This document shows, one piece after another, positions 8,766 to 17,963 of a stretch of 64,000 bases of DNA. The notes beneath the pieces were generated by a model that saw only the letters and a list, made by a program, of their open reading frames with translations, did not search any database and was not told the DNA's origin. The position numbers were made by a program, and so were the translations under genes. How positions within the stretch are numbered: the first letter of the stretch is position 1; each line of letters begins with the position of its first letter. Source of the DNA: Candidatus Micrarchaeota archaeon (GTDB taxonomy: Archaea; Micrarchaeota; Micrarchaeia; Micrarchaeales; CABMGC01); the NCBI GenBank assembly GCA_023270055.1, contig JAGDYB010000017.1, positions 6,581 to 70,580 of the forward strand, written 5' to 3'.

Positions 8766-9605
8766 CTAAGCGTTAACATTTACCTTGCCATTCAGCGCGC
8801 CGGCCTGCGCCGACGCCTTAGCAAGCAGCAAGTCAGTTATGCCCGTGTCGTAAATCTCCGCGTCAAGCCCAAGCTTCACCGCCTCGGCATATGCCTTGCT
8901 TATGAACACATTTACATTGTACTTTGTCACGTATTCTATATCAACAGTAAGCGCATATGCTGCAGCGAATCCCGCGGCTATGTCGCTGGATGTCTTCTCG
9001 CTGTCAATTGAAAGTATGTCGCTTGTAAACATCAAATTATCGTAAAGAAATGCGGATACGCCAGCCCTTGCCTCGAACGGCGTTATTTCGAGCATCTTCA
9101 GCGCCTTGGCAACTGCCGTCGATATTTTAGTGCCTTTCTGCACGAGCTTCTTGCCCTTCGCTATTATTACCTTGCCCTTTTGTATTTGTACGTCAAGACC
9201 GGCAGCCTTCAGATCTGTGACTGCTGGGCCTGGCGCAATTGTTGTCTCGCCAGCATCTATGAATATATCCTGCGGCGCTATCTGGGAAGGCTTCGCGCCA
9301 AGCTTGAGCACCTTGCCGGTTATCTTTTTGTAAACGCTGAAAGGATCGTCATTGGTAAGCAGCAATGCAACGTCCCCGTCAACATAATTCTTAAGCTTTT
9401 CAGCCTTTCCGCTTTTCTCGAACGCCTTGAGCAGCAGGTTCTTCCTCGCGACAACTATCTTCGCGCCGGGCTTAAGCTGATTTCTTATGCTCTGCAGAAG
9501 CCTGTCGGGAACGCCATTGAGCGGCATTATGGCAACGCCCTTGTAGTTGCTTATCTCGTTCCCGAGCTCGTTTACAAATTTTATCTTTTCGGATTTCAGC
9601 ATCAT
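8766..9605 (-). CDS. rplP0: ribosomal stalk protein P0 (uL10), short form lacking the acidic C-terminal tail
   Basis: 279 aa. Sits between L1 and P1. N-terminal uL10 domain and helical spine are present. The protein ends ...AKASAQAGALNGKVNVNA with no acidic linker or GLxxLFG tail. Confidence 0.88.
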   Translation of the reverse strand: MMLKSEKIKFVNELGNEISNYKGVAIMPLNGVPDRLLQSIRNQLKPGAKIVVARKNLLLKAFEKSGKAEKLKNYVDGDVALLLTNDDPFSVYKKITGKVLKLGAKPSQIAPQDIFIDAGETTIAPGPAVTDLKAAGLDVQIQKGKVIIAKGKKLVQKGTKISTAVAKALKMLEITPFEARAGVSAFLYDNLMFTSDILSIDSEKTSSDIAAGFAAAYALTVDIEYVTKYNVNVFISKAYAEAVKLGLDAEIYDTGITDLLLAKASAQAGALNGKVNVNA

Positions 9606-9609
9606 AGCA

Positions 9610-10242
9610 TTACCCCATAATTTTTATTGCCTTGCTCATGGTGAGCTTCATGTATATGCTCTTGATGTTCGACCGCTCTATTTTTTTGCTTATGCTGTTT
9701 ACAACTGTGTTTATGTTGTCGTATATTTCCTCCGGCTTCATGTCTTCGCTGCCTATGACGCAGTGCACGGTCGGCAGGTATTTGCCCCTGCTTTTTATTG
9801 TTATCTTTTTCTCTGCTTCGCCTGCGAGCCTGTCCAGCCTTGTATCGCCTAGCAGCGGCTTAGGCATCTTGTTTCTTGGGCCCAAAAACTGACCTAGATT
9901 TTTAGCTATTGCAGGCATTAGGCTTGGCTGGGCGACAAGATCGTAGTTCAGCAAGTCCTTAAGCCTTTCCTGATCCTTTGCCAGCGCTTCTATTTCAGCC
10001 CCATTTATAACCTTGAATCCGTACTTTTCCGCTTCGCTTATAATTTGCGGCTCCGCAGCAAACACCAGCAGTTTCTTGCTTTTTCCTGTGCCGTGCGGCA
10101 AAAGGATGTCAAGATTAAGCCTGTTGTCCTGCTTGTTGAAATCTATGTCCTTGAAGTTTATGGCAAGCTCTACCCTCTGCTTAAACTTGCGCTTGCCTTT
10201 CTCTTCTGCCAAGAATTTTGCAACATCTTCTACATTCAACAT
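9610..10242 (-). CDS. rpl1: ribosomal protein L1 (uL1)
   Basis: 210 aa. Typical uL1 sequence (RVELAINFK...LPHGTGK...) located upstream of P0/P1. Confidence 0.9.
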   Translation of the reverse strand: MLNVEDVAKFLAEEKGKRKFKQRVELAINFKDIDFNKQDNRLNLDILLPHGTGKSKKLLVFAAEPQIISEAEKYGFKVINGAEIEALAKDQERLKDLLNYDLVAQPSLMPAIAKNLGQFLGPRNKMPKPLLGDTRLDRLAGEAEKKITIKSRGKYLPTVHCVIGSEDMKPEEIYDNINTVVNSISKKIERSNIKSIYMKLTMSKAIKIMG

Positions 10243-10380
10243 ATAATCCCTCCTGCATATGCAGTAATGCGGGAAAACAAGTTACCTATTAATATGTTCA
10301 TTAATATTTAAAAATCTTGGGGTAAATCCGCAATTTAAAGCTTGCCTAATTAAAACAAACAGAAAAATAAAAAAATGAAA

Positions 10381-11010
10381 TCACGGCGGAGACACAAGAT
10401 GGCCGTATATTCCGATTACGCCTATCAGCATCGCAAAGAATGCTGCTATTATAAGCAATGCAGCAAGCAGGTAGTATGCATTCTTATTTTTCTTTGCGTC
10501 GAGATACACCAGCGGGGACAATATTGCCGCGAGCGTGGAAAAGCCGTAAAGACCGAGAGCGGCAAGCAAATTGTTTCCGGTTTCGAGCTTCAGCGCGACC
10601 ATTGCGTATGTCTCAACTGCAAGGTATATGCCAAGCAGGAAGCCGAAGAGAGAAAGCACCTTGATCTCGATGCCCTTGTAGAGCATGTACGAACCGGCAA
10701 GCATTATTATACCTAGGAACAGCATAGGGTCGCCAAACAGCATATTGTATGCGGCGAGCGCGCCAGGAAATGGCCACACAAAACTCATAAACAGGCCGCT
10801 AAAGAAGTCGAAAGCCCCTATTGCGAAGCCCGGAATCGCCAAGTTGGCAAAGGAACGCTTGCCACGAGCAACGCCCATAAGGTATAACGCGATTATTCCG
10901 GTGCTGGCTGCAACAGCTACCAGCATTATTGCCAGAGGGTCAACAAACGGCATTTTATCACCGCTTTTATAACTGAAAGTAGACTTAAATAAGTTGCGCC
11001 AAGATTGCAC
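10381..11010 (-). CDS. integral membrane protein (possibly DUF981-like)
   Basis: 209-aa ORF, about 6 hydrophobic helices. The likely true start is MPFVDPL at 10953. Family assignment is tentative. Confidence 0.55.
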   Translation of the reverse strand: MQSWRNLFKSTFSYKSGDKMPFVDPLAIMLVAVAASTGIIALYLMGVARGKRSFANLAIPGFAIGAFDFFSGLFMSFVWPFPGALAAYNMLFGDPMLFLGIIMLAGSYMLYKGIEIKVLSLFGFLLGIYLAVETYAMVALKLETGNNLLAALGLYGFSTLAAILSPLVYLDAKKNKNAYYLLAALLIIAAFFAMLIGVIGIYGHLVSPP

Positions 11011-11035
11011 TTTTGCAGTTTATAGGCCAGGCTTG

Positions 11036-11911
11036 TCATTCTTTGTTTGGGGTGCGCCTTCGCTTCAGTTCTACAGCATCCAACACTCGAAGGAGCGCGC
11101 TTACGTTGCTTGCATCGTCTGTCGCACTATTAACCGGCGTCTCCATTATGAAGGTACCTATGTTGAAAACCTCGCTCGAAAGGAAGTTCACAAAGCCGTC
11201 GAAACCTATATAGCCCTTGCCTATGTGCCAATGCCTGTCCAGCTTGCTTCCCAGCGGATATTTTGAATCGTTGAGGTGCACCAGCTTCAGCCTTTCCTTG
11301 CCTATTTCCTTTTCAAACTCCGCCTCCAGCCTGGACAACTGCCTAGGTGATGAGAGGTCATAGCCGCTCGCGAACGCATGGCACGTATCAAAGCATACCC
11401 CAACACGGTCCGAACCTACTTCCCTTATCACTGCGCCTATCTCTTCAACGCTCGAGCCTATGCTGTTTGCATACCCAGACGAATTCTCAAGCAGTATGCT
11501 TGTACTCTTTTCAGTTTCGAGCGCATCGCATATTCCTTCAACAAGATTTTTCATTCCGGCACTTTTGCCACTGCCCAGATGCGAACCCATGTGTATTACC
11601 AGCCCATCTATGCCTAGCCGCGCGCATGCGCGCATGCTTTCCGCAAGCATTGTCGCGCTTTTTTCCCTTATCTCATCGCGCGGAGATGCAAGATTGCAAA
11701 GATACGGAATGTGGGCGAACGGCAGCAGGTCATGATTTTTAACGTGCTGCCTGAATCTTCCAGCGTCAACTGCATCTATTTCTTTCACGCTCCAAGACCT
11801 TGGAGAAGATGGAAATATCTGGAATGTGCCATAGCCTTTTGATGCTGCTTCGCTAGCTGCGTTCGCCACTGAACCTGCTATAGACAGATGAAAACCATAT
11901 CTTACGCGCAT
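11036..11911 (-). CDS. nfo: endonuclease IV (AP endonuclease, TIM barrel)
   Basis: Motifs HMGSH, ILLENS, VCFDTCHAFASGYD and HLNDSK...DRHWHIGKGYIG. Start trimmed to MRVRYGFHLSIAG; the ORF track extends to 11953. Confidence 0.88.
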   Translation of the reverse strand: MRVRYGFHLSIAGSVANAASEAASKGYGTFQIFPSSPRSWSVKEIDAVDAGRFRQHVKNHDLLPFAHIPYLCNLASPRDEIREKSATMLAESMRACARLGIDGLVIHMGSHLGSGKSAGMKNLVEGICDALETEKSTSILLENSSGYANSIGSSVEEIGAVIREVGSDRVGVCFDTCHAFASGYDLSSPRQLSRLEAEFEKEIGKERLKLVHLNDSKYPLGSKLDRHWHIGKGYIGFDGFVNFLSSEVFNIGTFIMETPVNSATDDASNVSALLRVLDAVELKRRRTPNKE

Positions 11912-11994
11912 TGTATCATTTGTGCAGTATGCAAAAAGTGCTGACAAACACAAGCGAAAGCATGCTGCATGTGTTGGCTTCCTGATAAAACACG

Positions 11995-13308
11995 TTAAAC
12001 TATAACCGTTTCTTTTGGCAGAGGAACCTTCGCATTGTATTTGCCTTTTATCGCATCGTACAATTCGTTCGACTTGTTCTCTTCGCCGTGGACGATAAAC
12101 ACGTTCCGCAGAGACTTTATCTCTGTCATGAACCTCAGCAATTGATTCCTATCCGCATGCGCCGAGAAGTGGTAGCTCTTTATGCTCATGTTGACTTTTA
12201 TCTTTCTTCCATCAAGCTCGATTTCCTTTGCCCCATCCTGAAGCTCCCTGCCTTTAGTGTCAAGCGCCTGGTAGCCCACAAGTATGAGCTTGTTGCGTTC
12301 TATGCTCGCAAGACGCTGAAGGTATTTTACAACAGGCCCGCCGGTTATCATGCCGCTTGTGGTGACTATTATGCTCGCCTCGTCTTCGCTCATTGCCTTG
12401 CTGCGCATCGCCTTCGATTCTATAGGCACGAAATTCTTGCTCTTGAACGGATCGTCCTCGCTCATCAGTATCCTTTTCTGAAGCTCGTCCCTGCAGTACA
12501 TCACGTTGTGCCTATGTATCTTCATCGCCTTCTTTATCATGCCGTCCATGTAGAGCGGCACTGTAGGAAGCTTGCCAGATCTCAGATAATCGTCGAGTAT
12601 AAGCAAAATCTCCTGCGCCCTGCCAACAGCGAAGCTCGGTATTATTACCTTTCCACCGTTTAGCAAGGTTTCTTTTATGTCTGCCACCATATTCGTGGTA
12701 ACCTCCTTGAGAGGCGGAAATATGTCCTTCGCTCCGCCGTATGTGCTCTCTGTTATGAGCGTGTCGCTTGAAAGATCGCGCGTGTATGCGGGATCAAGCA
12801 GTTTCGTCTTCCTCATGTTGAAGTCCCCCGTGTAGAGGAGCTTCTTTGACCCGTCCTTTATCTCTATCATCGCGCTGCCAAGTATGTGGCCCGCGGGAAG
12901 GAGCTTTATCTCGAGATCCTTTATGCGAAACAGCTTGTGGTATTCGGCAAACTTGAAAAGCTTGCTCATCCTCGCCAAACCAGCCTTCGTCACGTTCTCT
13001 GGATTCGATATTTTCATGTAGTCGTTGATGAGCACGCTCGTAAGCTCGAACGTGGGTTTTGTGGAATACACGGCCCCGTTCCAGCCAGTAGAAGCTATGT
13101 GCGCGAGGTAACCGGAATGATCCAAATGTGCATGGGTCACTACTATTGCCTCTACGTCCTTCAGCTCGTCATCCCCTATAACTGGGTACTCTTCCTTCTC
13201 TCCGAGTTTTACCCCGGCATCAAGCAGTATTTTAGTGCCTGAACTACTCTCTACCATTATGCAGCTGCGCCCTACTTCGTGCGCAGCGCCAAAAAAAGTT
13301 AATCTCAA
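11995..13308 (-). CDS. beta-CASP metallo-beta-lactamase RNase (aCPSF2-like, no KH domains)
   Basis: 437 aa. VTHAHLDHSGYL (HxHxDH), beta-CASP blocks (ITESTYG..., SAHAD, VHGE). Confidence 0.85.
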   Translation of the reverse strand: MRLTFFGAAHEVGRSCIMVESSSGTKILLDAGVKLGEKEEYPVIGDDELKDVEAIVVTHAHLDHSGYLAHIASTGWNGAVYSTKPTFELTSVLINDYMKISNPENVTKAGLARMSKLFKFAEYHKLFRIKDLEIKLLPAGHILGSAMIEIKDGSKKLLYTGDFNMRKTKLLDPAYTRDLSSDTLITESTYGGAKDIFPPLKEVTTNMVADIKETLLNGGKVIIPSFAVGRAQEILLILDDYLRSGKLPTVPLYMDGMIKKAMKIHRHNVMYCRDELQKRILMSEDDPFKSKNFVPIESKAMRSKAMSEDEASIIVTTSGMITGGPVVKYLQRLASIERNKLILVGYQALDTKGRELQDGAKEIELDGRKIKVNMSIKSYHFSAHADRNQLLRFMTEIKSLRNVFIVHGEENKSNELYDAIKGKYNAKVPLPKETVIV

Positions 13309-13331
13309 CTTAACACCTTAATTTCTTTTCC

Positions 13332-14060
13332 TTAATTGTTGCTCACATCTTCCTCCCTTTCCTTGGCTTCCTTGCTGTTCTTAACCAGTGCGATGTCGCC
13401 AAGGCTTATGTTGTTTACCTGCTGTACCTTCCTGTTCCTTTCCCTAGGAGCCTGCCTTTGCCTTGAACCTCTCAGTTCCCTCAGGCTGTCGTACAGCTTG
13501 TCCAGTTTCTTGTTTTCTTCCTTTATCATATTTTCCTTCTCTTCTATGCTTTTTGTCAGTTCCTCAATGTCTTTTGCAAGAAGATCCGCCTTCCTTTCAG
13601 TCCTCCTTTCTTTTATCGCCTCGCTGAGCTCCTTGTCGATATCGCCGATTTTCTTGACGAGCGAACGTTCGCTGTCAAGAGTCAGCGCCTCCGTCGATAT
13701 TTTGAACTCCAGCTTCTCCTTGAGCCTCTTCAGGTAGCCTATATTCTTCGGCTGCTCCTTTTTCATAGAAACAAGCTTGAGTATGGCCTCGTGCTCAGCC
13801 TTCTTGTATTCGAGCCTGTATCTTAGCCGCCTTATGTCATCTATCAGCTTCAGCCGCTCCTGCTTTTCCTTGTCTATATCGGCTTTTATCTTGTCCATCT
13901 TCTGACTGTTTGGATCCTTTGCGGATGAAGCATTTTCTGCAGTTTCGGGCTTGGCGGTTCCGGTTTCAGGGCTGGTACTTGGGCTTGCGCCTGCAGCACC
14001 AGCTGCCGCTTCGCCTTTAGAAATGACTTCGCCAGCCTCTTTCTTGACTTCGCTGTGCAC
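13332..14060 (-). CDS. coiled-coil protein with low-complexity N-terminus
   Basis: 242 aa. Ala/Ser/Pro/Glu-rich first 50 residues, then a long heptad-like Lys/Glu/Leu-rich region. No enzymatic motif. Confidence 0.6.
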   Translation of the reverse strand: MHSEVKKEAGEVISKGEAAAGAAGASPSTSPETGTAKPETAENASSAKDPNSQKMDKIKADIDKEKQERLKLIDDIRRLRYRLEYKKAEHEAILKLVSMKKEQPKNIGYLKRLKEKLEFKISTEALTLDSERSLVKKIGDIDKELSEAIKERRTERKADLLAKDIEELTKSIEEKENMIKEENKKLDKLYDSLRELRGSRQRQAPRERNRKVQQVNNISLGDIALVKNSKEAKEREEDVSNN

Positions 14061-14123
14061 GTGTGATTCTTCGTGCTTTTGATCAGTTATTTTTTCATTG
14101 CTGCTCAGTAAATCGCCTCAGAT

Positions 14124-15284
14124 TCATGATAAGACAAGATTATAAATATCAATCAACCTTTCGGTCGTATTCTCTATCGAATATTTTTCGGCCGTTTTCA
14201 GTGCCTCTCTTTTATATGCCTCCGCATTATTTAAAACTTTTTCTATTTTTCTTGCACATTGGATATAATTGTTTGGAGCAAACTTTTCGCCGTTTTTCCC
14301 GTTAACTATCAGCTCAGACAGCGCCAAATGGTCAGCGCCCACCACAGGCTTGCCAACGGCCATGGCCTCAACTGCGACTATACCCTGCGTCTCGAATGTG
14401 GAAGGGATGCAGAATGCATCCGCAGCCGCGTACATGTTCGCCACTTCCTCCTGCTCCACAAATCCGGCAAAGATTACGTGCTTCTCTATGCCCAGACTCG
14501 ACGACATGCGCTTGTATTCGTCGAGCATCGGGCCGGTGCCGGCAATGACAAACCTGATTTTCTCATCTTTTGAAAGCAGCACTTTGGCAGCCTTGAGAAG
14601 CGTGTCAACCTTCTTTTCCGCGCTGAGCCGGCCAAGATACAACACAACCTTTTCGCTGTCTTTTATACCGTAGCGCGCCCTTATTGCGCTTCCGTCAACC
14701 TTCTGGTTGAATATGCTGGTATCTATGCCGTTCGGAAGCATGTGCACATTCTTAATCCTCTTTGACCTAAGCAGCTTTTCTATGCTTTTTGATGGGGCGA
14801 TTGTTGAATCGCACCTGTTGTATACGAAACGCATGTATGACCACATATATTTGTTCATTATGTTTTTTACGAAGCGATTCTTGGGATAATAGCTTGAGAT
14901 TATTTCCTTATGGTTCAGCAGCGTGTGGAACGACCCAACCACAGGATAGTTCATCATCTTTGCGGTAATCAGGCCGCCAAGGCCGACCGTAAAAGGCGTT
15001 TGTATATGCACCAGGTCTACGCCGAGCTTCACCGCTTTCAAGGATGCCAAATAAGGAAAGACCGCAACACGATACTGCGGATAAGGCGCAAATTTTATTC
15101 CTTTCGTTACGAAAACGTTGTCCTTTTCATACTTCTTGCGATGGTCGCCATCACCTGCGGTAAAAATGTAAACAGTGTGCCCCTTCTTCTCAAGCCCTTT
15201 CTTGAAGTTGAGTATGGAAGTGACTACTCCGTCAACAGCAGGCAGGTAGTCGTCTGAGTAAAAAGCTATGTTAAGATGTTCCAT
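14124..15284 (-). CDS. GT-B glycosyltransferase (GT4 / glycosyl transferase group 1)
   Basis: 386 aa. C-terminal FETQGIVAVEAMAVGKPVV...NGKNG (the E-x7-E region) typical of group 1 glycosyltransferases. Confidence 0.85.
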   Translation of the reverse strand: MEHLNIAFYSDDYLPAVDGVVTSILNFKKGLEKKGHTVYIFTAGDGDHRKKYEKDNVFVTKGIKFAPYPQYRVAVFPYLASLKAVKLGVDLVHIQTPFTVGLGGLITAKMMNYPVVGSFHTLLNHKEIISSYYPKNRFVKNIMNKYMWSYMRFVYNRCDSTIAPSKSIEKLLRSKRIKNVHMLPNGIDTSIFNQKVDGSAIRARYGIKDSEKVVLYLGRLSAEKKVDTLLKAAKVLLSKDEKIRFVIAGTGPMLDEYKRMSSSLGIEKHVIFAGFVEQEEVANMYAAADAFCIPSTFETQGIVAVEAMAVGKPVVGADHLALSELIVNGKNGEKFAPNNYIQCARKIEKVLNNAEAYKREALKTAEKYSIENTTERLIDIYNLVLS

Positions 15285-15309
15285 AAAATCGTTGGTGCGT
15301 GCCCGCCCA

Positions 15310-15699
15310 TTATAATTGTACCGCTTCGCCGCCCGCGGATTTTATCCTCTCTGCAGCGCGCTTTGTAAAGCGGTCTGCCTTTATTATAGCTGGCGCAGAA
15401 ATTTTGCCATCGCCAAGCACCTTGTATCCAGCAAGATCTATGGTTGGCTTCGGCTCGTTTTTTTCTACTATTAAGGAGGATATTTTGCTTAGGTTTATTT
15501 CCTTAAGCTTTTTCTGGTTCGGCCTTGCAAAACCTTTCTCGGGCTGTGAACCATAGAGTATCATGTGTATGGACTTGTGCTTTCTCCCTGCATTGCCAAC
15601 GCCGCCCCTTATGCCGGCGCCTCTCCTGTTCTTTTTGTTCCCAGCGCCCCATGTCCTCTGGCCGAGGAATTTTCTGCTTTTCTTATGCTTTCTGGCCAT
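15310..15699 (-). CDS. rpl15: ribosomal protein L15 (uL15)
   Basis: 129 aa. MARKHKKSRKFLGQRTWGAGNKKNRRGAGIRGGVGNAGRKHK is the characteristic uL15 N-terminus. Follows L30. Confidence 0.9.
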   Translation of the reverse strand: MARKHKKSRKFLGQRTWGAGNKKNRRGAGIRGGVGNAGRKHKSIHMILYGSQPEKGFARPNQKKLKEINLSKISSLIVEKNEPKPTIDLAGYKVLGDGKISAPAIIKADRFTKRAAERIKSAGGEAVQL

Positions 15700-15717
15700 A
15701 ATCCCACTCTAATGCAT

Positions 15718-16149
15718 TTATGTCATGCGCCTTATAAGCTCGTTGATCGCGTTGCCCCTGTAGCCAACCGCACCTCCGGTGCTGTATGGCAGCCTGGTCT
15801 TCTCGTAGCCTTTTCTTGGCGGATGAAGCCTGAAAAACGGCTGAATTTCTATTTCTTTTAGGCTTTTCTTTCCGCTTATCAGGTCGTCCAGCAAGCCGTC
15901 ATCAACCTTCTTGCCGTTCTTTTCTATAAGCCTGAGCAAAGTCTGCTTGTCAATCTCGCCAAAAGTAACAAAATCCCTGCATTTGTTTATCATGCCAACA
16001 TAAGGTTTTGTAGCGTACACAATCGCAAGCATGTTCGGCTTCCTTAGATTAAGCCTTTCCATCGTTTCCTCTATTGGCTCCCTGACCTTTATTCTTCCTC
16101 TGACGCGCACAATCGCGATGAGCTTATTCTCAAAATTAATCTTTCCCAT
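15718..16149 (-). CDS. rpl30: ribosomal protein L30 (uL30)
   Basis: 143 aa. IVRVRGRIKVREPIEETMERLNL... is the typical archaeal uL30 core, directly upstream of L15. Confidence 0.85.
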   Translation of the reverse strand: MGKINFENKLIAIVRVRGRIKVREPIEETMERLNLRKPNMLAIVYATKPYVGMINKCRDFVTFGEIDKQTLLRLIEKNGKKVDDGLLDDLISGKKSLKEIEIQPFFRLHPPRKGYEKTRLPYSTGGAVGYRGNAINELIRRMT

Positions 16150-16568
16150 AAAAACACGCTGCCTGCGTAAATTTTTTCTGCTTCCATTCTGATTTGAATT
16201 TTATAAATTTATAAATCTACCAGTCTGCCCTAGGATTTCAATGATTATATGCCTTTCACATATAAAAATATTTCTTACCACCGGAAAATATCTGGCACAG
16301 GATTTATTGTTTATTTATTATTATCTATTGCTGTCTATATAATTACATAAGCAGAAAGTATAGAACTACTTTGAATGACAAATAATTTATATCTTCCTAT
16401 TGTTGCGGCAACGTCCCTCACTTATTATAAGGGCAATTGACGAATATATAATAATATTTAAAGAGCAGCACAAAAACAAAGATAAAATAGTTTATGACAC
16501 TGATGGCAAAGGAATGAAATGAATTTTCTTGATTCGACATGTTTTGCAATGCAAAAGCGAGTGAAGGC

Positions 16569-17375
16569 ATGAAAAAATTGGTTTTTATAAAGTTGGGCGG
16601 GAGCAGCATAACCGATGTGGGCAAGGAGAATACTGCCAAGGAAAGCGAGATATACAGACTGCTCGATGAGATTTACTCAGCAAAAAAGGAGCTTGGGTTT
16701 GATGTTGTGATAGGCCACGGCAGCGGGTCGTTCGGGCACGTGCCGGCAAAAAAATACAAAGTAAACGAAGGGCTGGTGAATGATGAGAGCAGGAAGGGCG
16801 CGGTAATAACCAAGCAGGTCGCACAGCAACTTGACAGCATTCTGGTTGACATAGCGATCAGGCAAAACATACCTGTAATGCCCTTTGCACCATCGTCTTT
16901 CATGATGCTCAAAAACGGCGAGATATACAGTGTATATTCGGAACACATAGCCAAGGCGCTGGAACTTGGATTCATACCGGTGGTATATGGTGATGTTGTA
17001 ATTGATGTGGAAAAGGGAGTGCAAATTGCATCCACAGAGACCGTCCTCCACGCGCTATCAAAGAGCATGAAGCCGGACATTGTGATAATGGATACCGATG
17101 TCAACGGGATATATGACAAGGACCCCGTTAAATATAAGGATGCGAAACTCATCAGGCACGTTGATTCAAGCAACATAATGCAGGTTATTGATGCTGCGGG
17201 CGGATCAAACAAAATTGATGTTACAGGAGGGATGAAGCACAAGCTTATTATCACGTACGAAATGATAAAGGAAACAAAAGGTGTTGGGTATATTGCCAAT
17301 GCAAATGTGCCTGGAATCATAGGAAGGATACTAAACAATGACGAGAGGGTTGAATGTACAAAGATAGAAGCATGA
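16569..17375 (+). CDS. isopentenyl phosphate kinase (amino-acid kinase fold)
   Basis: KLVFIKLGGSSITD, GHGSGSFGH and the C-terminal DVTGGM block. Start trimmed to ATG 16569, preceded by GTGAAGG; the ORF track starts at 16539. Confidence 0.85.
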   Translation: MKKLVFIKLGGSSITDVGKENTAKESEIYRLLDEIYSAKKELGFDVVIGHGSGSFGHVPAKKYKVNEGLVNDESRKGAVITKQVAQQLDSILVDIAIRQNIPVMPFAPSSFMMLKNGEIYSVYSEHIAKALELGFIPVVYGDVVIDVEKGVQIASTETVLHALSKSMKPDIVIMDTDVNGIYDKDPVKYKDAKLIRHVDSSNIMQVIDAAGGSNKIDVTGGMKHKLIITYEMIKETKGVGYIANANVPGIIGRILNNDERVECTKIEA

Positions 17376-17890
17376 ATTTTATGAAACTGGGCGCGCAGGA
17401 GGAAAAGAGCACATTGGAAGAATTTAAGCTGCACCGTATGATATGGATAGTGCCGCTCTATGAAGAACCTGCCGCTGAAGCGAAGGGAAAAAATGCAAAA
17501 ATACTTCTGCTTGAAAGAAAAGCTGAAGATGACCTTTATCCACGCGCACTCAATCTAGTGACAGGGCATATTCATGAAGGAGAAGAAGTGGCGCATGCGA
17601 TCAGTAGGGAGTTGCAGGAAGAGGTTGGGGTGCCTATAAGCGATGCGGTTTACGGCGGCACATATCTGACCGTTGACAATACAAACGTGTTTATAGTGAA
17701 CTGTTTTGTTGCGTGGCTCGAGAACACGGAGGTCAAGCTTACTGAACACAAGAATTATCATTTTGTCGATTTTGAATACTTCGCCCGCAATATCAAAAAC
17801 TACGATCTTACACCGCCAGAAAAGATCACTTTGATGATGCATATAGAGGAAATACGCAGCGCAATGCGCAAACACTCTTCTTCGGAATAG
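17372..17890 (+). CDS. Nudix hydrolase, translationally coupled to IPK
   Basis: Complete Nudix box GHIHEGEEVAHAISRELQEEVGV. ATG 17372 overlaps the IPK TGA stop (ATGA). An alternative in-frame ATG lies at 17354. Confidence 0.8.
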   Translation: MNFMKLGAQEEKSTLEEFKLHRMIWIVPLYEEPAAEAKGKNAKILLLERKAEDDLYPRALNLVTGHIHEGEEVAHAISRELQEEVGVPISDAVYGGTYLTVDNTNVFIVNCFVAWLENTEVKLTEHKNYHFVDFEYFARNIKNYDLTPPEKITLMMHIEEIRSAMRKHSSSE

Positions 17891-17963
17891 GCGCATGCCA
17901 GGCGCAAAAATATAAATTTGGAAGTGCAATAAGACTACTATACAGTATTTTTGCGGTCAGAGC

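Noticed and set aside
16150-16568. An AT-rich intergenic region of about 420 bp between L30 and IPK, considered as a replication origin or ncRNA locus. It includes the tandem TTTATAAA TTTATAAA and the 73-aa ORF at 16418..16639.
   Set aside because: There is no Orc1/Cdc6 gene nearby and no G-rich ORB-like repeats or long inverted repeats that I could see. The ORF is hydrophobic, low-complexity and overlaps the IPK start. It is most simply a pair of divergent promoters. Only an origin-mapping or skew analysis of the whole genome could say more.
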